Source: an uncultured Chryseobacterium sp.
GTDB taxonomy: Bacteria; Bacteroidota; Bacteroidia; Flavobacteriales_F; PHOS-HE28
Length of the DNA: 64,000 nt
Direction: 5' to 3'
NCBI GenBank assembly: GCA_964649165.1
Contig: CAZYPC010000003.1
Location: 11,430 to 75,429, forward strand
Both the position numbers and the translations under genes were made by a program. Below are positions 17,931 to 25,973 of this stretch, piece by piece (the stretch's first letter is position 1; each line of letters opens with the position of its first letter). The notes beneath the pieces were generated by a model that was not told the origin of the DNA, made no database searches, and saw only the letters and a program-made list of their open reading frames with translations.

Positions 17931-19232
17931 TCACGACCTGAGCGTGGCGTCCAGTGCTTCGCACCAGGCCGTTCCGATCCGGTCGATGTGCGCATCCGTG
18001 TGCGCTGCGCAGATAAAGCCTACCTCATATCCGGAAGGTGCCGCGTACACGCCGCGCTCAAGCAGGGCCGCGTGCAGTTTCGCGTAGCTCTTCATGCTGC
18101 CCGGGTCTATCGCGCTCGCTTCCTTGATGTGTTCGCCCCGCGCGAAGAAGCTCCAGAAGATCGAACCGAGGTGATCGACGTGGCAGTCGTATCCCTTCGA
18201 CCTCGCATGTGTGTTCACGCGGTCGCACAGCGTTGCGGTCTTCCGTTCCAGGTCCGGGTAGAATCCCGGTTTCGTGCATTCCTGCAATTGCGCGAGCCCG
18301 GCGGCCATCGCGACCGGATTGCCGCTGAGCGTGCCCGCTTGGTAGACCGGTCCGTCGGGCGCGATGTGCTTCATCAGTTCGAGCAGCCCGCCGTACGCCC
18401 CCACGGGCATGCCCCCGCCGATGATCTTGCCATAGGTCACCAGGTCCGGGATGATGCCGTAATGCGCCGTGGCCCCGCCGAAGCCGATGCGGAATCCGCT
18501 GATGACCTCATCGAAAATGAGCACGCCGCCATGCTTCGTGCACAGCTCACGTAGTTTCAGCAAGAACGACTTGTCCTGCAGGAGTAGCCCGTTGTTCGCC
18601 GGCACGGGTTCGATGATGGCGCAGGCGATGCGGTCCCCATGCTTCGCGAAGGCGGCTTCCAGTGCGGCCTCGTCGTTCAACGGAACGACGATGGTGAGCG
18701 CCGCGAGCGCTTCAGGAACGCCCGCCGAAGACGACGTGCCGAACGTCGCCAACCCGCTGCCCGCGTTCACCAACAGGCTGTCGAAGTGCCCGTGGTAGCA
18801 GCCGTCGAATTTGATGATGAGGTCCCGCTTCGTTGCACCGCGCGCAAGACGGATCGCGCTCATCACCGCCTCGGTACCGCTGCTGGTAAAGCGCATTCGC
18901 TGGATGAACGGGTTGCGCTCCATGATGAAGGAGGCCAGCGCATTCTCCTCCTCCGTCGGCGCACCGAACGTGCTGCCCTTGGCTGCTGTTCGTGTGATGG
19001 CCTCGACCACGCGGGGATGCGCGTGCCCGAGGATGAGCGGCCCCCAGCTATGGCACAGGTCGATGAAGCGGTTGCCATCGGCGTCGATGACCTCGGCGCC
19101 TTCGCCGCGCGCGAAGAACAGGGGCGTGCCACCGACACTCTTGAACGCACGGACGGGTGAATTCACCCCGCCAGGGAAGAGTTGAAGGGCCTTTTGGTAC
19201 AGCTGCTCGGAGCGTGTGCGTGCAATGGACAT
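17931..19232 (-). CDS. hemL: glutamate-1-semialdehyde 2,1-aminomutase
   Basis: 433 aa. N-terminal SEQLYQKALQLFPGGVNSPVRAF... PLP class-III aminotransferase fold. Full-length match to HemL architecture. Confidence 0.95.
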   Translation of the reverse strand: MSIARTRSEQLYQKALQLFPGGVNSPVRAFKSVGGTPLFFARGEGAEVIDADGNRFIDLCHSWGPLILGHAHPRVVEAITRTAAKGSTFGAPTEEENALASFIMERNPFIQRMRFTSSGTEAVMSAIRLARGATKRDLIIKFDGCYHGHFDSLLVNAGSGLATFGTSSSAGVPEALAALTIVVPLNDEAALEAAFAKHGDRIACAIIEPVPANNGLLLQDKSFLLKLRELCTKHGGVLIFDEVISGFRIGFGGATAHYGIIPDLVTYGKIIGGGMPVGAYGGLLELMKHIAPDGPVYQAGTLSGNPVAMAAGLAQLQECTKPGFYPDLERKTATLCDRVNTHARSKGYDCHVDHLGSIFWSFFARGEHIKEASAIDPGSMKSYAKLHAALLERGVYAAPSGYEVGFICAAHTDAHIDRIGTAWCEALDATLRS

Positions 19233-19284
19233 CGGTCAGGTTTCGGGGCGGCGAAGCTCCTACTTTCGTCGGCCTACCCGTCAC

Positions 19285-20595
19285 ATGTCCGTCACCTTCG
19301 AGAATTCCCTCGCCTTCGCCCAGCGTATGGACCAGCAGGATCCGCTGCGCGACCTCCGCAACGAGTTCTTGTTCCCGCAACACAACGGTACCCCCGTCAT
19401 CTATTTCACGGGCAACTCGCTCGGCCTTCAACCGAAGGGCGCCGCCGCCGCGTTGAAGCAGGAGCTGGACGATTGGGCCACCTTCGGGGTGGAAGGGCAC
19501 TTCCAGGCGAAGAATCCCTGGTATCCCTATCACGAGTTCTTCAGCGAGAGCCTGGCGCGCATCGTGGGTGCGAAGCCGACGGAAGTGGTCGCCATGAACG
19601 GGCTGACGACGAACCTTCACCTGCTTATGGTGTCGTTCTATCGGCCCAGCGGGAAGCGAACGAAGATCCTTTGTGAGGAACGACCGTTCCCGAGCGACAC
19701 GTATGCCTTCAAGTCACAAGCCGAATTCCATGGGCTCGACGCGAACAGCACGGTGATCGGCATGAAGCCGCGCGCCGGTGAGCATACGTTGCGCACCGAG
19801 GACATCGTGAAGCGCATCGAAGAACTCGGCGATGAACTCGCGCTCGTCTGCTTCGGTGGCGTGAACTTCCTGACCGGTCAGGCCTTTGATATGAGATCCA
19901 TCACCGAGGCCGGACAGCGGGTCGGTGCTGTGGTCGGCTTCGATCTCGCGCATGCTGCTGGCAACCTCAAGCTCGCGATGCACGATTGGAGCGTGGACTT
20001 CGCCTGTTGGTGCAGCTACAAGTACCTCAACAGCGGACCGGGAAGCATCGCGGGCGCGTTCGTTCACGAAAGACATCACCGCGAGAAGCTTCCGCGCTTC
20101 GCGGGCTGGTGGGGCCACGACAAGAACGAGCGCTTCCTGATGGAACCCGAGTTCAAACCGATGGCGAGCGCCGAAGCGTGGCAGTTGAGCAATGCCCCGG
20201 TCTTCAGCATGGCCGTGCATCGGGCGTCGCTCGACCTGTTCGACCGCGCAGGTATGGATGCGCTCCGCGCGAAGAGCGAACAGCTCACCGGTTTCCTGAA
20301 ACTGGTGCTGAATGAGATCTCGGTGGAGCACGCGAACCTCTTCGAGATCATCACGCCGAACGACCCTGCGGAACGCGGTTGCCAACTGAGCCTGCTTGTG
20401 CGCGAGAACGGAAGGGCACTCTTCGATGCGCTCACCAAGAACGGCGTGGTCGTCGACTGGCGCGAACCGAATGTCATCCGGATGGCGCCGGTGCCACTGT
20501 ACAACAGTTTTGAGGATGTGTTCCGTTGCGGTGAAGTGTTGAACAACGCATTGCGCGCTAACGCCTTCGCCGACGCTTCGGCGAGCAAAGCATGA
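19285..20595 (+). CDS. kynU: kynureninase
   Basis: Internal ATG (MSVTFENSLAFAQRMDQQDPL...) of ORF 19216..20595. Class-V aminotransferase fold with the conserved kynureninase N-terminal region. ATGA overlap with the downstream KMO gene. Confidence 0.85.
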   Translation: MSVTFENSLAFAQRMDQQDPLRDLRNEFLFPQHNGTPVIYFTGNSLGLQPKGAAAALKQELDDWATFGVEGHFQAKNPWYPYHEFFSESLARIVGAKPTEVVAMNGLTTNLHLLMVSFYRPSGKRTKILCEERPFPSDTYAFKSQAEFHGLDANSTVIGMKPRAGEHTLRTEDIVKRIEELGDELALVCFGGVNFLTGQAFDMRSITEAGQRVGAVVGFDLAHAAGNLKLAMHDWSVDFACWCSYKYLNSGPGSIAGAFVHERHHREKLPRFAGWWGHDKNERFLMEPEFKPMASAEAWQLSNAPVFSMAVHRASLDLFDRAGMDALRAKSEQLTGFLKLVLNEISVEHANLFEIITPNDPAERGCQLSLLVRENGRALFDALTKNGVVVDWREPNVIRMAPVPLYNSFEDVFRCGEVLNNALRANAFADASASKA

Positions 20596-21938
20596 GTAAC
20601 ATCACGATCGTCGGCGGTGGACTTGTGGGGAGCCTGCTCGCTGTCTTCCTCGCGAAACGCGGCCACAAGGTGAATGTGTTCGAGCGCCGCGGCGATCCAC
20701 GCAAGACGGATGTGTACGCGGGGCGCAGCATCAACCTCGTCGTTTCGCACCGCGGCTGGACGGCCTTGCGTGCGGCCGGTGTGGAGGATGCCGTGAAGGC
20801 GATCACCGTGCCCGTGTACGCGCGCATGATGCACGACCGCGATGGCAAGCTCAATCGTGTGCCGTACAGCATCGATAACCGCGCGATCTATTCGGTTTCA
20901 CGCGGCGAACTGAACCGTCGATTGCTCACGGAGGCGGAGAAGCTGCCGAACGTGAAGCTGTTCTTCGACCATAGATGTTTGGATGTCGATCTCGCGAACG
21001 CGGAATGTGTCTTCGAGAACGGCGGTGCGCGCGTGACCCGGAAGGCGGACGTTGTCTTCGGCAGCGATGGAGCATTCAGCGCCGTGCGCCAGAAGATGAT
21101 GCAAGGGCGCTTCACGTACAGCCAGGAGTACATCGAGCACGACTACAAGGAGGTGGCCTTCCCTGCGAACGCGGACGGTACGCCCAAGATGGACCCGCAG
21201 TGCCTGCACATCTGGCCGCGCCGCTACTACATGATGATGGGCCTGGCCAACCAGGACGGTGGCTTCACCGGTACGCTCTTCATGCCGAACACGCACACGG
21301 AGAACGCCCCGGGCTTCGATGTCGTGAAGACCGAGGAACAAGTGACGAAGTTCTTCGCTGACCATTTCGCGGATGCGATGCCCATCGTGCCTGACCTGGT
21401 GCAGCAATACCTGCGCAACCCTCAGAGCTCGCTTGTGATCATCCGCTGCAATCCGTGGCAGGTGAATGGCAAGGTGGCGCTGATCGGTGATGCGGCCCAC
21501 GCGATCGTTCCCTTCTACGGCGAGGGCATGAACGCGGGCTACGAGGATTGCAAGGTGCTGAACGACCTGCTGAACGAACACGGCGACGACAACTGGTCCA
21601 AGGTGCTCCCGCGCTACGCCGCCAAACGCAAGCCGAACGGGGACGCCATCGCCGACCTGTCACTCCGCAACTTCATCGAGATGCGCGACCTGGTGGCCGA
21701 TCCGAAGTTCCTGCTGCGCAAGAAGATCGAAGGCCACCTGCAAGCGAAGCACCCGGACCAATGGCTGCCGCTCTACAGCCAGGTGAAGTTCAGCGACATC
21801 GAGTACAAGGACGCGTGGAAGGAGGGGCTGCGGCACGACCGGATCATGGAGGAGGTGCTGGCGATGCCGGGGATCGAGGAGAAGTGGGGGAGTGAAGAGG
21901 TGGAGAAGAAGGCGCTGCAATTGATGCGGGCAACCTAG
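20592..21938 (+). CDS. kmo: kynurenine 3-monooxygenase (FAD-dependent)
   Basis: N-terminal FAD-binding IVGGGLVGSLLAVFLAKRG. About 450 aa. Translationally coupled to kynU. Confidence 0.8.
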   Translation: MSNITIVGGGLVGSLLAVFLAKRGHKVNVFERRGDPRKTDVYAGRSINLVVSHRGWTALRAAGVEDAVKAITVPVYARMMHDRDGKLNRVPYSIDNRAIYSVSRGELNRRLLTEAEKLPNVKLFFDHRCLDVDLANAECVFENGGARVTRKADVVFGSDGAFSAVRQKMMQGRFTYSQEYIEHDYKEVAFPANADGTPKMDPQCLHIWPRRYYMMMGLANQDGGFTGTLFMPNTHTENAPGFDVVKTEEQVTKFFADHFADAMPIVPDLVQQYLRNPQSSLVIIRCNPWQVNGKVALIGDAAHAIVPFYGEGMNAGYEDCKVLNDLLNEHGDDNWSKVLPRYAAKRKPNGDAIADLSLRNFIEMRDLVADPKFLLRKKIEGHLQAKHPDQWLPLYSQVKFSDIEYKDAWKEGLRHDRIMEEVLAMPGIEEKWGSEEVEKKALQLMRAT

Positions 21939-21943
21939 TTGTA

Positions 21944-22477
21944 ATGAAGTGGGGTGGCCTTACTGCCGTCGCCTCCTTGGTAGCGATCACCCTGCTGGAT
22001 GGGTGCAAGGGCCGTCTGACACTGACCTCTGCTTATCGGGATGCTTCGGGTCATCGCCTTTCGTTCTTTGACGATTCCCTTTTCATCGGTGCTGTCGGTG
22101 ATCCAAGTCAGGCGTTCTATCGTATGACATCTACGTCCCATGGGCACTACCGTATCCGACCCGACTCAAGCATCATCTTGTATTCGGACACAGATCGGGT
22201 CGACTCCTTCTGCGCGGCACAAGGACGCGACGTCACCGTCCTGAAGGGCTATCGACTGACAAGGATGAGGGATGGCCTGGAACCGGACCGACCCTATCGC
22301 GGAGATCCGACCAATGACCCGTTCTTGTTAGAAATGTGGTCGTATGGACCCGATCGGAGCGAAAGGCTCGATCTGGAGCGCGCTGCCTGGAACTTGAAAC
22401 ACTGTGGTCACCCGTATCGACGATGCCGGAAAAGGACCTGGCTGCGGTTGGGGGTGGCCAAGGTGCCACTGCGATAG
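21944..22477 (+). CDS. hypothetical lipoprotein (atypical codon usage)
   Basis: Signal/lipobox LLDGC. GC3 visibly lower than neighbouring genes. Confidence 0.4.
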   Translation: MKWGGLTAVASLVAITLLDGCKGRLTLTSAYRDASGHRLSFFDDSLFIGAVGDPSQAFYRMTSTSHGHYRIRPDSSIILYSDTDRVDSFCAAQGRDVTVLKGYRLTRMRDGLEPDRPYRGDPTNDPFLLEMWSYGPDRSERLDLERAAWNLKHCGHPYRRCRKRTWLRLGVAKVPLR

Positions 22478-22605
22478 ACCTCTGAGCCCTGGCAGGTGGA
22501 TCTGACTCATCCCTTGATGGATCTTGGCGACCGGCTGTCGAAGCCATTCAGAATGACGACATCAGACGCGTGCGCGCCGCTATCTTTGGACAACCAACGC
22601 GCCCC

Positions 22606-22842
22606 ATGTCCGAGACCGAACTGAAGAAGCGCCTCATCGGCCGCATACAGCGTTCGCGGAACAGCGCCTTGTTGCGCGAGGCCTACCGCTTGATGGGAAC
22701 GGATGCTGCCGACCTTGAGCCGTACAAGCTGAGCAAGGAGCAGAAGGCGTCCATCGCGAAGGGTAAAAGGGACATCAAGGAGAGTCGCACGCTTTCCGCA
22801 GCGAAGGCGAACAAGGCCATTGATGAGTGGCTCGGCAAGTAG
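22606..22842 (+). CDS. putative type II antitoxin (addiction-module component)
   Basis: About 78 aa charged helical protein (internal ATG MSETELKK of ORF 22570..22842). 16-nt overlap with the downstream RelE/ParE-like gene. Confidence 0.5.
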   Translation: MSETELKKRLIGRIQRSRNSALLREAYRLMGTDAADLEPYKLSKEQKASIAKGKRDIKESRTLSAAKANKAIDEWLGK

Positions 22843-23120
22843 TCTGGTCGTTGAACGCGCAGAGGGAGAAGGTCGCCATTCTGCACTACTGGGTGGAATG
22901 CAACGGTTCCACGGCCTACAGCGCCAAACTTGATGAGATGTTCAGGTCCGCTTTGAGCCGCGTAGCCCAGCATCCAAAGCTCGGTCGGTCGACGAGTGAT
23001 CCTGACGTCCGGATGAAAGTCGTCGGCGAGTTCGAGATCTTCTATTCGCTCACGCAGGACACTGTACATGTGTTGTCGGTCTGGCGCGGCACAAGGGATC
23101 CTGTGGGCAGACCCTATTGA
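22827..23120 (+). CDS. type II toxin, RelE/ParE family
   Basis: 97 aa. ILHYWVE...VHVLSVWRGTRDP motifs characteristic of the ParE/RelE fold. Confidence 0.6.
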   Translation: MARQVVWSLNAQREKVAILHYWVECNGSTAYSAKLDEMFRSALSRVAQHPKLGRSTSDPDVRMKVVGEFEIFYSLTQDTVHVLSVWRGTRDPVGRPY

Positions 23121-23135
23121 CGCCACCCTGCGCGC

Positions 23136-23951
23136 ATGCCCTACCTCGCCCGCTTCAGCCTGAACGCTCCGCGCAGCCATCCGTTCCCGTTCGATATCCC
23201 TTCAGTGCGCTTCGCCAAGGACATCGGCCTCGGTGCGCCGGTGACCTGCTTCGTCGGAGACAACGGCACGGGCAAGTCCACCTTGTTGGAGGTGTTGGCC
23301 TACCGGCTCCAGCTTCCGCGCATGGATGGCTCCGGCTACGGTGGGCGAGGGTTCGCAGCGGCCCGCAAACTCTTGCCTTTCCTGACGGTGGAATTCGCCT
23401 TGCATCGTACCACGGGCTTTTTCTTCCGGGCGGAGGATTTCGGTGACCTGCTGAACAGTGTGGACCGGCAGGACCAACGGCTGCATGCTCAGCTGGAGGA
23501 GTTGCATGGCGATGTACCGGACCACATCATCGCGGCGATGAAGGACAGCTCGAACCACCAGTTGCATCGGGTGCGCAGGAACTATGGCCAGGAACTGCAG
23601 GGATTCTCCCACGGCGAGGCCTACCTGCACATCTTGCAGCAACAGGTCCGTGGGCCAGGGATCTACCTGCTGGATGAACCCGAAGCTGCTCTTTCACCGG
23701 CGCGGCAACTCGCCCTGCTCCATTTCATGCAGGAACATTTGAAGGAGCACCGGTCCCAGTTCATCATCGCTACCCATGCGCCCATCATCATGGCCTTCCC
23801 GAAAGCGCTGTTGTACGAGATCGCCCCGGATGGCATGGAACTGAAACGATTGGAGGAATTAGAGAACTACACGTTCACCAAAGCGTTCCTTGCTGACCCA
23901 GGACGGTTCCTGGCCGCGCTGGACAACCGGGATGCGCGGTCTTTCGGATGA
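23136..23951 (+). CDS. stand-alone ABC/SMC-type (AAA_21-like) ATPase
   Basis: Walker A GDNGTGKST. Q-loop/signature region. Walker B LLDEPEAALS. H-loop ATHAP. No transmembrane or partner domain. 271 aa. Confidence 0.6.
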   Translation: MPYLARFSLNAPRSHPFPFDIPSVRFAKDIGLGAPVTCFVGDNGTGKSTLLEVLAYRLQLPRMDGSGYGGRGFAAARKLLPFLTVEFALHRTTGFFFRAEDFGDLLNSVDRQDQRLHAQLEELHGDVPDHIIAAMKDSSNHQLHRVRRNYGQELQGFSHGEAYLHILQQQVRGPGIYLLDEPEAALSPARQLALLHFMQEHLKEHRSQFIIATHAPIIMAFPKALLYEIAPDGMELKRLEELENYTFTKAFLADPGRFLAALDNRDARSFG

Positions 23952-24015
23952 GCCGCATGTCGCTGTCAGCCCAAGTGGGGACCATAAATGAGAGGCGGCC
24001 GACTTCCTTTGGGCC

Positions 24016-24543
24016 GTGGACACCGCCGCGACGTTCAGAGCGCTGTACGATGCGCACGCCCGCATGGTCTACAACCTCTGCCTGAACCATCTGCGCAACG
24101 CGGATGAAGCGGCCGAAGCCACACAGGATGTCTTCGTGAAGGTCCACGAAAAGCTGTCGGGTTTCAAGGGCGATGCGACCCTGCGCACCTGGATCTACAG
24201 GATCACGATCAATACGTGTCTGGACCGGTTGAAGGCGCGCAAGCGGAAGAAACGCGCGTTGTTCGGCTGGTTGAGCCTTTCGGATGAACATGTCGAACGC
24301 GCCGCATCCGCCGTGTTCGATCACCCTGGCGTTGCCGCTGAGGATCGAGAGGCCCTCGAACGCTTGTTCGTGATGGTCGATGACCTGCCCGGACAGCAGC
24401 GGACCGCCTTGCTGCTGAAGACCTCCGAGGACCTGTCGATGGTCGCCATCGCCGAGGTGATGGGTATTTCATCGAAGGCGGTGGAATCGCTTTTGTCCCG
24501 CGCCCGTGCCAACCTGCGTCAACGCCTGCCCAACGAAGGATGA
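24016..24543 (+). CDS. RNA polymerase sigma-70 factor, ECF subfamily
   Basis: Region 2 (VKVHEKLSGFKG...WIYRITIN) and region 4 (LPGQQRTALLLKTSEDLSMVAIAEVMGIS) motifs. 175 aa. Confidence 0.85.
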   Translation: MDTAATFRALYDAHARMVYNLCLNHLRNADEAAEATQDVFVKVHEKLSGFKGDATLRTWIYRITINTCLDRLKARKRKKRALFGWLSLSDEHVERAASAVFDHPGVAAEDREALERLFVMVDDLPGQQRTALLLKTSEDLSMVAIAEVMGISSKAVESLLSRARANLRQRLPNEG

Positions 24544-24574
24544 ACACGTATCTGTCGTCAAACACCGCAAGAAC

Positions 24575-24847
24575 ATGGACACGAACGCCCCGGAAGACCT
24601 GCTGAAGCGCGTAGCGCGCGTCGATCCGCCACCGTTCCTGTTCACGCGCATAGAAGCCCGCCTGGCGAGCGGGGCATTGATGCGGGTGCCGCGCGCTCGA
24701 CTGGTCGCCGTGGCTTGTGGGCTGGCACTGCTGCTGCTGGCGAACGTGAGCGTGATCATGCGGGCGTCACGCGCTGCGGCCGGCCCATCTTTGTGCGACG
24801 TGGCCGAAGGAATGGGCATGAACGTGACCAACCAGCTCTACCAATGA
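24575..24847 (+). CDS. putative anti-sigma factor (single-pass membrane protein)
   Basis: Immediately downstream of the ECF sigma gene. About 90 aa with one TM helix LVAVACGLALLLLANVSVIM. Internal ATG of ORF 24506..24847. Confidence 0.45.
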   Translation: MDTNAPEDLLKRVARVDPPPFLFTRIEARLASGALMRVPRARLVAVACGLALLLLANVSVIMRASRAAAGPSLCDVAEGMGMNVTNQLYQ

Positions 24848-25296
24848 CGCGCACCCGCTTGTTGTCCATCGCGGTGGTGGCGCTGGTAGTGCTCAACCTG
24901 ACCACGCTCGGTGTGCTCTTCTTCCGAAGGCCGCCGCACCCGCACGGGCGGCATGAGGGACCGAGGGCGATCATCATCGAACGGCTGCAACTGGATGCGG
25001 ACCAGGTGAAGGTCTATGAGGGCTTGATCCGGGACCACCGTGGCAAGATCGAAGAGCTCGACCGGCACATGCTGGAGTTGCGCGGGCGCCTCTACGATGC
25101 TGAGTATCCCTTGTCCGCGGACTCGATCATCTCCCTCATCGGCGAAACGCAGAGCACGATCGAGCGTACGCACACCGACCACTTCGCGCGCATCCGTGCG
25201 ATCTGCCGGCCCGATCAGTTGCCGTTGTTCGACAGTATGACCAAAGATCTCGCCGGTTTCTTCCGGAACGGCCCACCACCGCTGAAAGAGCCGTAA
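24844..25296 (+). CDS. membrane-anchored periplasmic sensor-like protein (CnrX / Spy-CpxP-like, His-rich)
   Basis: ATGA overlap with the anti-sigma gene. N-terminal TM anchor followed by HPHGRHEGP and a helical LxxQ-containing domain (LQLDADQ, ICRPDQ). Third member of a sigma / anti-sigma / sensor trio. Confidence 0.4.
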   Translation: MTRTRLLSIAVVALVVLNLTTLGVLFFRRPPHPHGRHEGPRAIIIERLQLDADQVKVYEGLIRDHRGKIEELDRHMLELRGRLYDAEYPLSADSIISLIGETQSTIERTHTDHFARIRAICRPDQLPLFDSMTKDLAGFFRNGPPPLKEP

Positions 25297-25973
25297 TGAA
25301 GGCGCTGCTGACGATCGTGTTGGGCGCCGCCCTGAGCATTCCCGATACCCGCGCGCAACGCATCGCGTTCACCCCGGTGGTACGCGATGTTCCGCTTGTG
25401 CTGGACAAGCCGTTCGTGCTCGGTGATCAAGGGCCGGTCACCATCACGCAGTTCAAGTTCTATGTCGGTCAATTCACGTTCTACCGCGCAGGGAAGCCGC
25501 TCGTGTATGACCACAGCTACTATCTCATCGACGCCGCGGATACCACGACCTTCGATGTGGGGACGGTCTTTCGGCCAACTCCCATCGACTCGGTTTCCTT
25601 CCTGCTTGGTGTGGACAGCCTCACCAACGTGAGCGGCGTCTTCGGCGGTGACCTCGATCCGATCAAGGGCATGTACTGGACATGGAACAGCGGTTACATC
25701 AACCTGAAGCTGGAAGGCACGAGCCCACGTTCACCCTACGCGACGCATGCGTTCGAATTGCATTTGGGCGGCTACCTGCCACCGTTCCCTACGGTGCAGC
25801 GCGTAACCCTTCCATTGCACGGCCTCGGACCTTGGCACTTCGGTGTTGACGTTGTACCGCTTCTCGAGTCCGCTGACGTCAGTACGCGATGCAATGTGAT
25901 GTCCCCGGGAGAACAAGCGCTGCGACTTTCCAAGGCCTCGGTTACGATGTTCAAGAGCGATGCGCTGCGGTAA
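25296..25973 (+). CDS. MbnP-like periplasmic (copper-binding-type) protein, WxW motif
   Basis: Signal peptide MKALLTIVLGAALSIPDTRAQ. YWTWNSGY (WxW) motif. Predicted beta-rich. About 225 aa. Overlaps the downstream di-haem peroxidase gene by 14 nt. Confidence 0.5.
   Translation: MKALLTIVLGAALSIPDTRAQRIAFTPVVRDVPLVLDKPFVLGDQGPVTITQFKFYVGQFTFYRAGKPLVYDHSYYLIDAADTTTFDVGTVFRPTPIDSVSFLLGVDSLTNVSGVFGGDLDPIKGMYWTWNSGYINLKLEGTSPRSPYATHAFELHLGGYLPPFPTVQRVTLPLHGLGPWHFGVDVVPLLESADVSTRCNVMSPGEQALRLSKASVTMFKSDALR

Noticed and set aside
25296-25973. Imelysin-like (peptidase M75) identity for the protein upstream of the di-haem peroxidase
   Set aside because: Imelysins are about 350-400 aa with paired GxHxxE motifs, which this 225-aa protein lacks. 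The WxW motif and beta-rich composition fit an MbnP-like protein better, though confirmation is needed.
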